NCBI GenBank assembly: GCA_965222155.1
Contig: CBDCTH010000012.1
Location: 352,001 to 416,000, forward strand
Direction: 5' to 3'
Source: Gammaproteobacteria bacterium
Lineage (GTDB): Bacteria > Pseudomonadota > Gammaproteobacteria > Eutrophobiales > Eutrophobiaceae
Length of the DNA: 64,000 nucleotides
Below, piece by piece: positions 62,484 through 64,000 of this stretch. The notes under the pieces are model-generated. The model worked only from the letters and a program-made list of their open reading frames with translations. It had not been told where the DNA came from and ran no database searches. Every line of letters starts with the position of its first letter. The first letter of the stretch is position 1. Both the position numbers and the translations under genes were made by a program.

Positions 62484-64000
62484 GACGCCGTGTGTTTCTT
62501 CTGCTCCATATCCGTAGGGTCGGTTACTGCCTGTTTAAGATACCGGGCGCTCAACTCCGCCAAGGCCGCTAGAATTATGTTGCGGCGTTTTTCTTTACTA
62601 TTCTCAAGCGTTTTATCTACCCGTTTTATTAAATCTTCTACTTGATTACGTTCTAGGTCAGAAACGGCAAATTCATCATGAACAGGTGTCGGGCGGCCAT
62701 CCATCCCGACCACCACTGCCATGGCATGGCGTTTGTCTTGCCGTCCTTTTACCCGGGCGAATGTTTCAGCCCGCAGAAATTTTTGTGATAGCTCGGCGAG
62801 CTCAACAGTTGTCCGATCGAGATCGATATCTATCCAATGACGTGGTGGTTTATTTGCCGCTAGGCTGGCTATGTCTTCAATACTCGTATCATTATCATCG
62901 AACTGCGAGAGCCTGCCGATAAATGCTTCGAGTTTGAAGTCTCCGACAACCTGGCGGATGTTCTGTGCACGGTCATGCAATTCATTCAGAGATTGCGGGG
63001 AGATATTCGGCACTTGCAATTCTGAGAGCATAATGTCGCGCAGTCGATGCAACATCAAAGGGTAGGCGCGTACCAGCTCCGTCAGACCATCACGTACATT
63101 TTTTACAACGTGGTGCAAGGCTTCCGCATCGATTTGGGAAATGTCTTGGCCCAGGGTTTCGGGTATATCATCAAACAGGAACTTGTTCGGATCCCGTGCG
63201 CGCTTGAACATATCCCTGATACGTACTGCGTTGGCTGATAATCGCATTGTCCGTTTAGACCATTGTGGTAATAGATCGTATATCACCACTAGTCCGCGTG
63301 CGACGTCGATAGGTTCAAGTTGGGCCAACTGGTTGGTTTCGTCAAGGTCCCTCACGATTGCAGCCATTTCTGACAACAACCTTCGGGCAATGTCGGATAA
63401 ATCCATCCATCTGATTTGGATGGTGCTTGAATCCTTTGCCAAGTAGTCAACATCCACGTCGTCAAATCGTGCTTTGAATAAACCTTCCCGGTAGATCGCT
63501 AGTTTTTCCTGTTGTGAAAGAATGAACGCGACGGAAAGAACCGGCAGCAGTCCGTCCTTAACGCCGTAAGGTGGTTTGCGCCAGAGATCATACAAATCCG
63601 AGACTGCAATAGTCTTTTCACGTACCCGCTTGGTCGCAGCTTCCCACATTGGAGTTAGATGACAGGGATCCGAGTTTTCATCGGGAGGCAGAAATTGCCA
63701 TTGATCATTGTGTTGCCGATAAAGCCCGGACGCATCCAGTATTGAAACAAATAGGCCGGCTTCTGCCGGGAATTTCTGTATGCCCAACCTGTCTGCTCCT
63801 TTATTTAGAACCATGCGTCGAAGCAATATATTTTGGGCTGCCACGGCGCTGCCGGATGGTTTCTGCCGGTTCAACAATTCATTATGCAAGCGTGGGCATT
63901 GGTTGAAACGACTGTCTGCAAGTTCTGATGCGATGTTGTTTAGCTCAGCCTGTCTCAGGCGCTGGGCAGTTTGTGATTTGCCAAACCATTGGGCATTATC
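62480..64000 (-). CDS. Large SspC-like ATP-binding protein, C-terminal part (5'-truncated by window)
   Basis: Frame open to the window edge; HNELLNR.KPS, RLGIQKFPAE.GLF.SIL...GL, W.KPPYGVKDG motifs recalled from SspC-like proteins; coupled to the PAPS-reductase gene. ATPase domain lies outside the window. Confidence 0.65.
   Translation of the reverse strand, partial: DNAQWFGKSQTAQRLRQAELNNIASELADSRFNQCPRLHNELLNRQKPSGSAVAAQNILLRRMVLNKGADRLGIQKFPAEAGLFVSILDASGLYRQHNDQWQFLPPDENSDPCHLTPMWEAATKRVREKTIAVSDLYDLWRKPPYGVKDGLLPVLSVAFILSQQEKLAIYREGLFKARFDDVDVDYLAKDSSTIQIRWMDLSDIARRLLSEMAAIVRDLDETNQLAQLEPIDVARGLVVIYDLLPQWSKRTMRLSANAVRIRDMFKRARDPNKFLFDDIPETLGQDISQIDAEALHHVVKNVRDGLTELVRAYPLMLHRLRDIMLSELQVPNISPQSLNELHDRAQNIRQVVGDFKLEAFIGRLSQFDDNDTSIEDIASLAANKPPRHWIDIDLDRTTVELAELSQKFLRAETFARVKGRQDKRHAMAVVVGMDGRPTPVHDEFAVSDLERNQVEDLIKRVDKTLENSKEKRRNIILAALAELSARYLKQAVTDPTDMEQKKHTAS

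Overview
Gammaproteobacterial chromosomal window. It opens with the end of an autotransporter-like gene and the conserved block recA-recX-alaS-aspartate kinase-csrA-tRNA-Ser(GCT). About 57 kb of mostly accessory DNA follows, and tRNA-Arg(ACG), which usually sits next to this tRNA-Ser, is displaced about 19 kb downstream. The accessory DNA has three main parts. (1) A large catabolic region with six Rieske oxygenase alpha subunits (five VanA/Ndm-like, at least one strongly resembling methylxanthine N-demethylase NdmC), two GcvT-like folate-binding proteins, formate-THF ligase, guanine and adenosine/adenine deaminases, another amidohydrolase, TonB-dependent receptors and MFS transporters. Together these suggest a folate-coupled pathway for demethylating and deaminating methylated purines. 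(2) Five small toxin-antitoxin-type pairs, IS remnants, a MITE, REP-like palindromes, a nested repeat with a 7x22-bp tandem array, and an intact IS21 interrupting a macrodomain gene. (3) At the right end, an SspC/SspD-like phosphorothioation module followed by an SF2 helicase, a MORC-like GHKL ATPase, a PLD nuclease and a membrane protein, a candidate non-canonical defence system. All family calls come from motif recognition by eye; no database searches were run.
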